DNA from: Convolutriloba macropyga
Taxonomy: Eukaryota
Length of the DNA stretch: 64,000 nucleotides
Reading direction: 5' to 3'
Assembly (NCBI RefSeq): GCF_964194025.1
Contig: NC_134479.1
Coordinates: forward strand, 11,346,001-11,410,000
Both the position numbers and the translations under genes were made by a program. Position 1 is the stretch's first letter. Each line of letters opens with the position of its first letter. The notes beneath the pieces are model-generated. The model worked only from the letters and a program-made list of their open reading frames with translations, did no database searches and was not told the origin of the DNA. Positions 28,081-37,114 of this stretch are shown here, one piece after another.

Positions 28081-28573
28081 AGTCCGTTGCTACTTAAGCA
28101 ACAACACACAGGCCTTTTTAAAGGCCACCAAACCTTTTGAAGTTAACTTAATAGCTGCAATGAAGCTCAAAACAAGCTAACTTGAAGCTAAAAACCTTAT
28201 TTTCAAAGTTGCCGGTACCCTTATTCTATGTATTTTCGAGCTATAGCTAGCTCGAGCTCAACTTAGCTAGCTTGAGCTTGAGCTAGCTAGTTTGAGCTTG
28301 AGCTAGCTAGTGTGAGCTTCAGCTAGCTAGTGTGAGCTTGAGCTAGCTAGCTCGAGCTTGAGCTTGATAGCTTGAGCTTGAGCTAGCTGGCTTGAGCTTG
28401 CTATCTTGAGCTTGAGCTTGAGCTTGCTAGCTTGAGCTTGCTAGCTTGAGCTTGCCAGCTTGAGCTTGAGCTTGCTGGCCTGAGCTTGAGCTTGCTAGCT
28501 GCAGTTAGAGCTAACTTGAGCTCTCTGCCAATCAGAGTTCGAGAAAAGCGCTCCCAAATAGCCTAACAGTGGC

Positions 28574-28929
28574 AGCCAATCAGAGTGCGAGAAAAGCGCT
28601 CCCAAATAGCCTAACAGTGGCAGCCAATCAGAGAGCTAGAAAATCAAAATTGCATAGAATATAAGTACCTGCAGCTCTGAGCAGAGGTGAAGGTCCGAGC
28701 AGGCTTGCTCGGGCATAGGCGAAGGTCCGAGCAGGCTTGCTCGGACCTTCGCCTATGCCCGAGCAAGCTTGCTCGGACCTTCGCCTATGCCCGAGCAAGC
28801 CTGCTCGGACCTTCACCGCTGCTCAGAGCTGCAGGTACTTATATTCTATGCAGTTTTGATTTTCTAGCTCTCTGATTGGCTGCCACTGTTAGGCTATTTG
28901 GGAGCGCTTTTCTCGCACTCTGATTGGCT
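28574..28929. repeat. long imperfect palindrome at H2B-H2A junction (H3-H4 absent)
   Basis: Orientation flips inside a 32-bp unit at ~28735. Confidence 0.85.
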
Positions 28930-29031
28930 TAGCAACATAAGGGTTTTTGGAACGCATTTTTAACTTAGGTAGCCATATGTGAGTCTGGGTAACAACCATT
29001 TACAACAGACGAAGAAACAAGACGAAGAGAG

Positions 29032-29433
29032 ATGTCAGGCAAAGGAGGCAAATCGAAGAGCGGCAAGGTGGGAGCTAAGGCCAAGACCCGATCAAGCCGA
29101 GCTGGACTGCAGTTCCCCGTAGGCAGAATCCACCGATTCATCCGCAAGGGCAACTACGCTGAGAGGGTGGGAGCTGGAGCCCCAGTGTACCTTGCTGCTG
29201 TGCTTGAGTACTTGACTGCTGAGATCTTGGAGCTTGCTGGCAACGCTGCTAAGGACAACAAGAAGTCGAGAATCATCCCCCGACACTTGCAGCTCGCTAT
29301 CAGAAACGACGAGGAGCTGAACAAGCTGCTGCAAGGAGTGACCATTGCTCAAGGTGGTGTGCTACCCAACATCCAAGCAGTGCTCTTGCCCAAGAAACAG
29401 TCTTCCTCTCAGCCCAAGTCTGACAAGAAGTAA
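29032..29433 (+). CDS. H2A: histone H2A
   Basis: Intact ORF + stem-loop. Confidence 0.99.
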   Translation: MSGKGGKSKSGKVGAKAKTRSSRAGLQFPVGRIHRFIRKGNYAERVGAGAPVYLAAVLEYLTAEILELAGNAAKDNKKSRIIPRHLQLAIRNDEELNKLLQGVTIAQGGVLPNIQAVLLPKKQSSSQPKSDKK

Positions 29434-30689
29434 AGAAGCTTCTAGCTTGCTACTTCAACACCGGCCTTTTTAAAGGCCACCAAACCTTCGAAGTTACCTT
29501 ACTGGCTTCAGCTTACTACCTAGCAAGCTCAAATTAAGCTAAATGTCTTATTTTAAGCTCGAATTGAGGTATTTGAACTTCATTCAAAAACCCTTATTTG
29601 GTTCAGCCAATCAGATTGCGAGAAAGTCTTAGGCTATTTGGGAGCTCTTTTCTCGCACTCTGATTGGCTGAGAGCTCAATATACTGTTAGGCTACTTTGG
29701 GAGCTCTTTTCTCGCACTGTGATTGGCTGAAAAAGTGACGTGATATGACGTGGAAGCCGGCGTGCCTACGTGGCTGTTTTCTCACACTGTGGTTGGCTAA
29801 GCTCAATATGGGCTTTTGAACGACTTTTTATATTTAGGTAGCAAAAAAGTTGGGTGCCCCAACCCAACCCAAGACGACAGATGAGGAGCTAGATGAAGAG
29901 TACGCAGTATCACACTTTCTCAGCAACAACGGTAAGCCGACTTAGTTGTGTCTCTTAGTCTCTTTTCCAAGAGGCGAGGCTTTAGTTGCGCGCCACCCCC
30001 CCTCCCAAAGGCCCCTGCCAGAACTGCGCTGCCAATCTACACTACGCGGGAGTAGAGGCTGAGTCTACGCGGGACAACCCGGCCACCATAGCACTTACTC
30101 CTGAGCTAGCTCGCACTGAGTCAAGAGTACCTGGTGCTATAAGTTAGAGTGTTGGCGGTACCACTTGCACTTCGGTTCCGTCGAGAGCACAAGCCCAGGT
30201 TTAGACACCAAAGGGTTGGCGTACTCTCACGAACGCAACACTCGCCACCCCGAGCATCCTTTTCAGGAAGCTCGAGCTAGCTCTAGGACCTGCAAGCTCC
30301 CTGGTGTAACCGCTCCAAGAAGAATTCCCTCGAACGCTGAGACTAGTTGGAGGCAAAGGAATCCCGGTGTTAGCCGTCCTGAGCCGAAAACTTGAGGCTA
30401 GCACTACAGTCTATAGATAGGCGGTAAGCTGCTAGTCTCACTCTCAGTGAGAGGGGGACCGAGCAAGACGTCGCGAGGACGAGCAAAGAAAGTGCTAGAC
30501 GTCGCGAGACGCCGCGAGACGCCGCGATCCCAGACGAAGAGGGTGCAAGAAGACAGCTCTGCCCACATAGTGGGTGAAGATAAGAGAAGCACCACCGCAC
30601 TCTGCTTGTCCAGCCTGAACCAATAAGCTCCTGTGTTGGGACATCGAACATCGCCTCTCTCCCTTTCTGTCATCGAGTCACGAGCCCCT

Positions 30690-31110
30690 TTTTAACTGTA
30701 CAAAGATCAAGCTCTTCTACCAACTCGAAGAAGAGAACTCTCATCTCGAGCTCTTAGACTGTACAAACATCCAACTCGAGCTTCATAGACAACAACTCCA
30801 TTTTTATCCCTGTACAAAGACGAACCCTGTATAAACTCTCATCTCGAGCTTTTAGACTGTACAAACCTCCAACTCGAGCTTTTAGACAACAACTCTACTT
30901 TTACCTCTGTACAAAGACGAACCCTGTACAAACTCTCATTTCGAGCTTTTAGACAACTCCACTTTTACCTCTGTACAAAGACGAACCCTGTACAAACTCT
31001 CATCTCGAGCTTTTAGATTGTACAAACTTACAACTCGAGCTTTCATCAACCCCTGCTTCAAGCTTTTACCCCTGTACAAACATCAATTTCGAGCTTTTTA
31101 CAACTCTAGT
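30690..31110 (+). repeat. family-A-specific degenerate tandem repeats in 5' UTR
   Basis: Recurring CTGTACAAA and CTCGAGCTTTTAGAC; also ~47795-48215. Confidence 0.8.
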
Positions 31111-31129
31111 CTTTCAAGCCAACTCAGTA

Positions 31130-32338
31130 ATGTCTCTTCGCAATCCTTTCTCTCTTAATGCGAAGATCTTCCACCCAGCTGCCTCAACAGTGAACTGTTC
31201 TGCTCCAAGTCTTGACATATCTCAAGCCTCCAACCTCGACCAAAGTCTAGCAACGAGCCACAACCAAAGCCAGAGAAAACGCAAAGCAACTGATGGACCC
31301 CGAACCAGCTCCAAGATTAGAAAGAGGCAACCTGAGCAACATATTAAAGTAGTCTACTTCACATTTGAACATGAGACACCGAGCCACAAAGAATTCAACC
31401 AGCAGCTGAAAAACTTAACTGGCAACCCAAACTACGGAGAAGTGAGGCGAAGTCAGAACGGAAAAGGCTACTCGATGAAACCACGAACTATCGAGATAGC
31501 AAAGATGATTACTGCAAACAAAGTCAAGGAAGCATTCGCAAACTACCAAGTCAAACTAAGCACTGCTGCCTCCAACCCGGTGAAACCGAGCTTCGTCATA
31601 ACAAGTGTAGACCAAGACATCGATCCTGAAGACGTTAAAAGTGAGCTGCAAAGTCAGAACATAGAGGCAACATCAGTACATAGAATAACAAGTCGTGCAA
31701 CCAACCAACCTACGAGGCTCATAAGAGTGTTTACAAACACAGAGACAACTGCCAGGAATGCTGTTGACAACGGTGTCAAAATTTTCAATCAGAGAAAGAG
31801 ATGTGAGCGATCGAGACTAGAGCCCTCGGTAGTACAATGCTTCAAATGCCTCCAATATGACCACAAGGCGAAGGACTGCCCAAACAATCTCAAATGTAGA
31901 CGATGTGGCGGAGAGCATGTTATAAGAGAATGCGATGTTGCTCCAGAAAGTGCCAAATGCTCTAACTGCGGAGAGAGTCACTCTGCAAATTATCGAGGCT
32001 GCTCCAAGTACCAAGAAGCACGAGCCAGCAGCTATGCTGATGCAGTGAAGAGCAAGGCCCACTCTAGTCCACAAAGCTCTCTGAACAAGATCGAAGAAGT
32101 GGCTGAACTAAACAACAAGATCAATCTGGCGGAGCAAAGAGAACAAAACAGCATGACAATTATTGCAGCCATGATACAATGCTTCTTCGACTCCCCAAAG
32201 CAGAAGATAAACATCCTCCAGGCTCTAAACGTTGTCTCTGGTCATAACTACAGCCAAGTTAAATATGATGCAAAGATTAGAGAATTCAAGCATCAATTCG
32301 CAAGCCAACGAACATCAACTCAACATGGCAAACCTTAA
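31130..32338 (+). CDS. LINE ORF1 nucleic-acid-binding protein, three CCHC knuckles (78-bp in-frame deletion vs copy A2)
   Basis: CFKCLQYDHKAKDC, CRRCGGEHVIREC, CSNCGESHSANYRGC. Confidence 0.9.
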   Translation: MSLRNPFSLNAKIFHPAASTVNCSAPSLDISQASNLDQSLATSHNQSQRKRKATDGPRTSSKIRKRQPEQHIKVVYFTFEHETPSHKEFNQQLKNLTGNPNYGEVRRSQNGKGYSMKPRTIEIAKMITANKVKEAFANYQVKLSTAASNPVKPSFVITSVDQDIDPEDVKSELQSQNIEATSVHRITSRATNQPTRLIRVFTNTETTARNAVDNGVKIFNQRKRCERSRLEPSVVQCFKCLQYDHKAKDCPNNLKCRRCGGEHVIRECDVAPESAKCSNCGESHSANYRGCSKYQEARASSYADAVKSKAHSSPQSSLNKIEEVAELNNKINLAEQREQNSMTIIAAMIQCFFDSPKQKINILQALNVVSGHNYSQVKYDAKIREFKHQFASQRTSTQHGKP

Positions 32339-34988
32339 AGTAGCTCAACTGAACGTCAGAGGCTTGAGACCAAAGCTCAGAGTTATTGAACCAGTTTTAT
32401 TAGACAAGGGCATTCATGTAGCCTGTTTTAACGAGACAAAAACGAAGCAGCCTCCTCATCTGCGAAATTTTATCTTAGCTGCAAGCATTAACGACAATAT
32501 ACATGGCTCAGCCATATATATAAGAGAGGGACTAAACTACTCACTGCTAGACAACAAATTCGTCAAAAACAACTCTAAAACCAACGAGAAGCTGCATATA
32601 AGACTCAAAGAATCTGATGTTGACATTACTCTGATATACTGTTCACCCGGCAATGAGATTGAAGCAAGTCACTTGGTCAGGCACAATACAAAATGCATAG
32701 TGGTGGGAGATTTTAATCTCCAGAACATAAACATCAACCCTATGTCCACAAAGAGCGATGCAACAGGTCGAGTCGTTGAGGAACTTCTGGATGAAGAATA
32801 CATACTTCTGAATAACGACTTCAAAACGCATGAGAAGGGATCCGTTTTAGACCTGCACCTGTGCTCTAAGCCTTTGGCAAAACACTTTGTGAAGTTCGAA
32901 ATATTTGAAGAGACTCTGAGCGACCACTATATGACCATCAGCGAATTTAACCTGCGAGCTCCAAAATCTAGATCACTGTGGCCAAATTGGAAATGCTTCA
33001 GAGAGAAAGTGAGTTGCTACAGAAGCCAGTATGCAGATTTGAACAGCAGAGCAGAAAGCATAGCAACCCACATTAAGACGTGTTACGAGAGCAGCCTCAA
33101 AGAAGCTAAGCCAATACAAAACAAAGAAATAGTCGCGCTCACCAGAAAGAAACACCAGCTGCAGAGAAAAGTCAGAAAGCTGAGAAGACTGGGCATGAGG
33201 GGATACTCAGAGGAGAGATACCTCACATCAGAGCTCAATAGAACATCGAGAAAGCTCTCACAATCACTAATACAAGAAAGGCAGAATCAAGAACTGAAGA
33301 TGGTGGCCAGCATGAACTCAAATGGGAAGGGCATCGATTTCTGGAAGGCCTACAAGAAACTCACGCAATCTAGCAAGAGCAATGCAAACCAGCTTAAAAT
33401 TAGCACGCAGGAGGCAGCAGATAAATTTGCTGAGAAGCTGAAACAGAATATGAGAATGCATGAGGCTGTAACTCAGGAAGCTAAAGAGATTGAAGATCTA
33501 GTTGAAACATGCGTGAACGAGAATGAAATAGCACAGTTTCGCCTGCCCCCTAACCACCATGAAACTACAGTCGAGGTTGAACAACTGAGAAGCATCATTA
33601 AAGGGAGGAAAAACACAGCTCCAGGACCTGACGGAATATCGTACAAAATATTGAAACAGCTACCAGACGCTATAATGAAAGAACTCAGTGACATAATACA
33701 AAGCTCTCTAAAAGATGGAATTGTGCCTGACTGCTGGAAAAGATCCAATGTCTCTATGCTGCCCAAGCCAAATAAAGACCACTCTGATCTCAAGAATTAC
33801 AGACCTCTCTCCCTCACAAGTTGCATCGGTAAATTGTGCGAAGTTGTTACCAAGGAGCACTTAAACAAGCACTGTGAAAGTAACGATATCTTCACCAACG
33901 CGCAAGGCGCATACAGAGCAGGTCGCTCTACAACTGATAATTTACTCTGCTTAAGCGAACATATTTTCAGTGAAGCCCTCTGGAAGCAGCCAACCGCAGC
34001 AGCTTTTCTCGATGTTCAGCAGGCATTCGATGCGGTGTGGCATAAAGGACTAATCTATAAAATGCAGCTAAACAAAGTGCCAGAGTGGATCATAAAATGG
34101 ACCGTAAGCTATCTCAAAGACCGAGAGCTGACTGTAATATACCAACAGGCTGTGGCCAACAGCTTTAAACCAAGTGCAGGAGTACCACAGGGCAGCGTAA
34201 TCAGCCCTACACTGTTCAACATCTATGTCAGCAGTCCAGAAGTCTCGAATGCAAAAGTCTCTCAATATGCAGATGATATTGCAATATACACGAGTGGCAG
34301 AAACTGTAGAGCAGCTACTTTCAAACTACAGAAGGCTCTCAACTCACTGGACATGTGGTGCAACCTTTGGAAAATCAAAATTAATCCCGAGAAAACAAAC
34401 TTCATGCTATTGACCAGAAATAGAGACAAAAGCCACCACCATCTCAAACTGCAAGACGTAATTCTAAATCCATCGAAGTCGTCTACTTTTCTCGGAGTTG
34501 AGTTGAATGATAATCTAACTTGGGCGGCGCAGATCAGGAAGATTGAAAACAAGATGTTTGGGAGAATAAATGGACTCATGATGCTGAAAGCGAAAGGTGT
34601 CAACTCTAAGTGCCTCATATTACTATATAGAGCAACGATACGACCAATTATGGAGTATGCTTCGCCGGCATGGGCGAATGCTCCCAAGCACAGCATCATG
34701 AGACTTCAAAGAAAACAAAACAAAGCCATAAGAGTAGCATTAGATCTACCCAGATGGACGTCGTCAGATGAGCTACATAACGCAGCAAACCTTCCCAGAG
34801 TGAGCACACTTCTAGCCCAGAGAAATATACAATACCTCAAGAGAGCTTCTAGCAACAACGCAGCAATAAGAGAACTGATCCAAGATCAACTTACTAAAAC
34901 GACCACTGAACTCCAATACATTACACCTGTACAGACGATACTGTTTGAAACAGCGAAAAATAGACTCGACAATATGGGCAGTCCCTAG
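32325..34988 (+). CDS. LINE ORF2: APE endonuclease + reverse transcriptase (887 aa)
   Basis: QLNVRG, NETK, GDFN, LDL, SDH; APGPDGI, NYRPLSLTS, LDVQQAFD, GVPQGS, QYADD; ATG 32325 chosen by homology with family B start. Confidence 0.95.
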   Translation: MANLKVAQLNVRGLRPKLRVIEPVLLDKGIHVACFNETKTKQPPHLRNFILAASINDNIHGSAIYIREGLNYSLLDNKFVKNNSKTNEKLHIRLKESDVDITLIYCSPGNEIEASHLVRHNTKCIVVGDFNLQNININPMSTKSDATGRVVEELLDEEYILLNNDFKTHEKGSVLDLHLCSKPLAKHFVKFEIFEETLSDHYMTISEFNLRAPKSRSLWPNWKCFREKVSCYRSQYADLNSRAESIATHIKTCYESSLKEAKPIQNKEIVALTRKKHQLQRKVRKLRRLGMRGYSEERYLTSELNRTSRKLSQSLIQERQNQELKMVASMNSNGKGIDFWKAYKKLTQSSKSNANQLKISTQEAADKFAEKLKQNMRMHEAVTQEAKEIEDLVETCVNENEIAQFRLPPNHHETTVEVEQLRSIIKGRKNTAPGPDGISYKILKQLPDAIMKELSDIIQSSLKDGIVPDCWKRSNVSMLPKPNKDHSDLKNYRPLSLTSCIGKLCEVVTKEHLNKHCESNDIFTNAQGAYRAGRSTTDNLLCLSEHIFSEALWKQPTAAAFLDVQQAFDAVWHKGLIYKMQLNKVPEWIIKWTVSYLKDRELTVIYQQAVANSFKPSAGVPQGSVISPTLFNIYVSSPEVSNAKVSQYADDIAIYTSGRNCRAATFKLQKALNSLDMWCNLWKIKINPEKTNFMLLTRNRDKSHHHLKLQDVILNPSKSSTFLGVELNDNLTWAAQIRKIENKMFGRINGLMMLKAKGVNSKCLILLYRATIRPIMEYASPAWANAPKHSIMRLQRKQNKAIRVALDLPRWTSSDELHNAANLPRVSTLLAQRNIQYLKRASSNNAAIRELIQDQLTKTTTELQYITPVQTILFETAKNRLDNMGSP

Positions 34989-35424
34989 GACTTTTTATCG
35001 CAATTTCAATTCAATCAATCTTTTCTTTTAATCGACTTTCTATCTCTTTCTGATGGCCTGTGTGTTTTATTGAGCAACGGACATATGGAACATATACACA
35101 GCATATACACAACAACACTCATCATCTTCTTCTTCTCTTCTTCACTTTTTGGTGGCCTAATTTCAATTCTGACTCTGACTCTTTCTCTTTGCAACACGAG
35201 CAACAATAGACGTCTAGTTGGGTTCCATGACTGAGAGCACGATCTGAGAAAGAACACACGAAGACAAGAGACGGGTTTGAAAGGCTCAATCTCAGCGAGC
35301 CAAAGAAACTCAAGTCCCCCCCTCGGGAGACCTACAGCCTCGGTACAATGGGTGCCCCAACCCAACCCAACACAACTACAACTACAACTAGTAAAAGAGG
35401 AGCAGCAGAGGACAGCAAGAGGAA

Positions 35425-35793
35425 ATGGCACCCAAAGTGAGCGGCAAAGCAGTGAAGAAGGCAGGCAAGGCACAGAAGAAGCCCTCTGGTGACAAGAAGA
35501 AGAAAAAGAAGAGGAGAGAGACCTACTCCCTCTACATCTACAAGGTGCTGAAGCAGGTCCACCCCGACACCGGCATCTCCTCCAAAGCTATGTCGATCAT
35601 GAACTCGTTCGTGAACGATATCTTTGAGAGGATAGCTGGAGAAGCTTCGAGACTGGCCCACTACAACAAGCGATCAACCATCTCAAGCCGGGAGATCCAG
35701 ACTGCAGTGAGGCTCTTGCTACCAGGAGAGTTGGCCAAGCATGCTGTGAGCGAGGGAACCAAAGCTGTGACCAAATACACCAGCTCCAAGTAA
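35425..35793 (+). CDS. H2B: histone H2B (separated from its promoter by element A1)
   Basis: Intact ORF + stem-loop. Confidence 0.95.
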   Translation: MAPKVSGKAVKKAGKAQKKPSGDKKKKKKRRETYSLYIYKVLKQVHPDTGISSKAMSIMNSFVNDIFERIAGEASRLAHYNKRSTISSREIQTAVRLLLPGELAKHAVSEGTKAVTKYTSSK

Positions 35794-36712
35794 AGTCCGT
35801 TGCTACTTAAGCAACAACACACAGGCCTTTTTAAAGGCCACCAAACCTTTTGAAGTTAACTTAATAGCTGCAATGAAGCTCAAAACAAGCTAACTTGAAG
35901 CTAAAAACCTTATTTTCAAAGTTGCCGGTACCCTTATTCTATGTATTTTCGAGCTATAGCTAGCTCGAGCTCAACTTAGCTAGCTTGAGCTTGAGCTAGC
36001 TAGTTTGAGCTTGAGCTAGCTAGTGTGAGCTTCAGCTAGCTAGTGTGAGCTTGAGCTAGCTAGCTCGAGCTTGAGCTTGATAGCTTGAGCTTGAGCTAGC
36101 TGGCTTGAGCTTGCTATCTTGAGCTTGAGCTTGAGCTTGCTAGCTTGAGCTTGCTAGCTTGAGCTTGCCAGCTTGAGCTTGAGCTTGCTGGCCTGAGCTT
36201 GAGCTTGCTAGCTGCAGTTAGAGCTAACTTGAGCTCTCTGCCAATCAGAGTTCGAGAAAAGCGCTCCCAATTAGCCTAACAGTGGCAGCCAATCAGAGTG
36301 CGAGAAAAGCGCTCCCAAATAGCCTAACAGTGGCAGCCAATCAGAGAGCTAGAAAATCAAAATTGCATAGAATATAAGTACCTGCAGCTCTGAGCAGAGG
36401 TGAAGGTCCGAGCAGGCTTGATCGGGCATAGGCGAAGGTCCGAGCAGGCTTGCTCGGACCTTCGCCTATGCCCGAGCAAGCCTGCTGGGACCTTCACCGC
36501 TGCTCAGAGCTGCAGGTACTTATATTCTATGCAGTTTTGATTTTCTAGCTCTCTGATTGGCTGCCACTGTTAGGCTATTTGGGAGCGCTTTTCTCGCACT
36601 CTGATTGGCTTAGCAACATAAGGGTTTTTGGAACGCATTTTTAACTTAGGTAGCCATATGTGAGTCTGGGTAACAACCATTTACAACAGACGAAGAAACA
36701 AGACGAAGAGAG

Positions 36713-37114
36713 ATGTCAGGCAAAGGAGGCAAATCGAAGAGCGGCAAGGTGGGAGCTAAGGCCAAGACCCGATCAAGCCGAGCTGGACTGCAGTTCCCCG
36801 TGGGCAGAATCCACCGATTCATCCGCAAGGGCAACTACGCTGAGAGGGTGGGAGCTGGAGCCCCAGTGTACCTTGCTGCTGTGCTTGAGTACTTGACTGC
36901 TGAGATCTTGGAGCTTGCTGGCAACGCTGCTAAGGACAACAAGAAGTCGAGAATCATCCCCCGACACTTGCAGCTCGCTATCAGAAACGACGAGGAGCTG
37001 AACAAGCTGCTGCAAGGAGTGACCATTGCTCAAGGTGGTGTGCTACCCAACATCCAAGCAGTGCTCTTGCCCAAGAAGCAGTCTTCCTCTCAGCCCAAGT
37101 CTGACAAGAAGTAA
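36713..37114 (+). CDS. H2A: histone H2A
   Basis: Intact ORF + stem-loop. Confidence 0.99.
   Translation: MSGKGGKSKSGKVGAKAKTRSSRAGLQFPVGRIHRFIRKGNYAERVGAGAPVYLAAVLEYLTAEILELAGNAAKDNKKSRIIPRHLQLAIRNDEELNKLLQGVTIAQGGVLPNIQAVLLPKKQSSSQPKSDKK

Larger units (their letters stand above)
29873..35348 (+). mobile_element. non-LTR retrotransposon, family A copy 1, inserted at H2B start region
   Basis: Flanked by TGGGTGCCCCAACCCAACCCAA at 29851-29872 and 35349-35370; ORF1 + APE-RT ORF2; no poly(A). Confidence 0.95.

Noticed and set aside
29858-29872. (CCCAA)3 as telomeric repeat, i.e. SART/TRAS-like targeting
   Set aside because: Only three units, part of the H2B leader; the 3' junction is in the unique TT^GGGTG flank
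29873-30580. Captured host ncRNA (tRNA, RNase P, telomerase RNA) or known ribozyme in the element 5' UTR
   Set aside because: No complete diagnostic motif recognisable by eye; needs an Infernal/Rfam search
32232-32324. 31-aa N-terminal extension of family A ORF2
   Set aside because: Non-ATG start inside ORF1; family B begins at the ATG homologous to 32325
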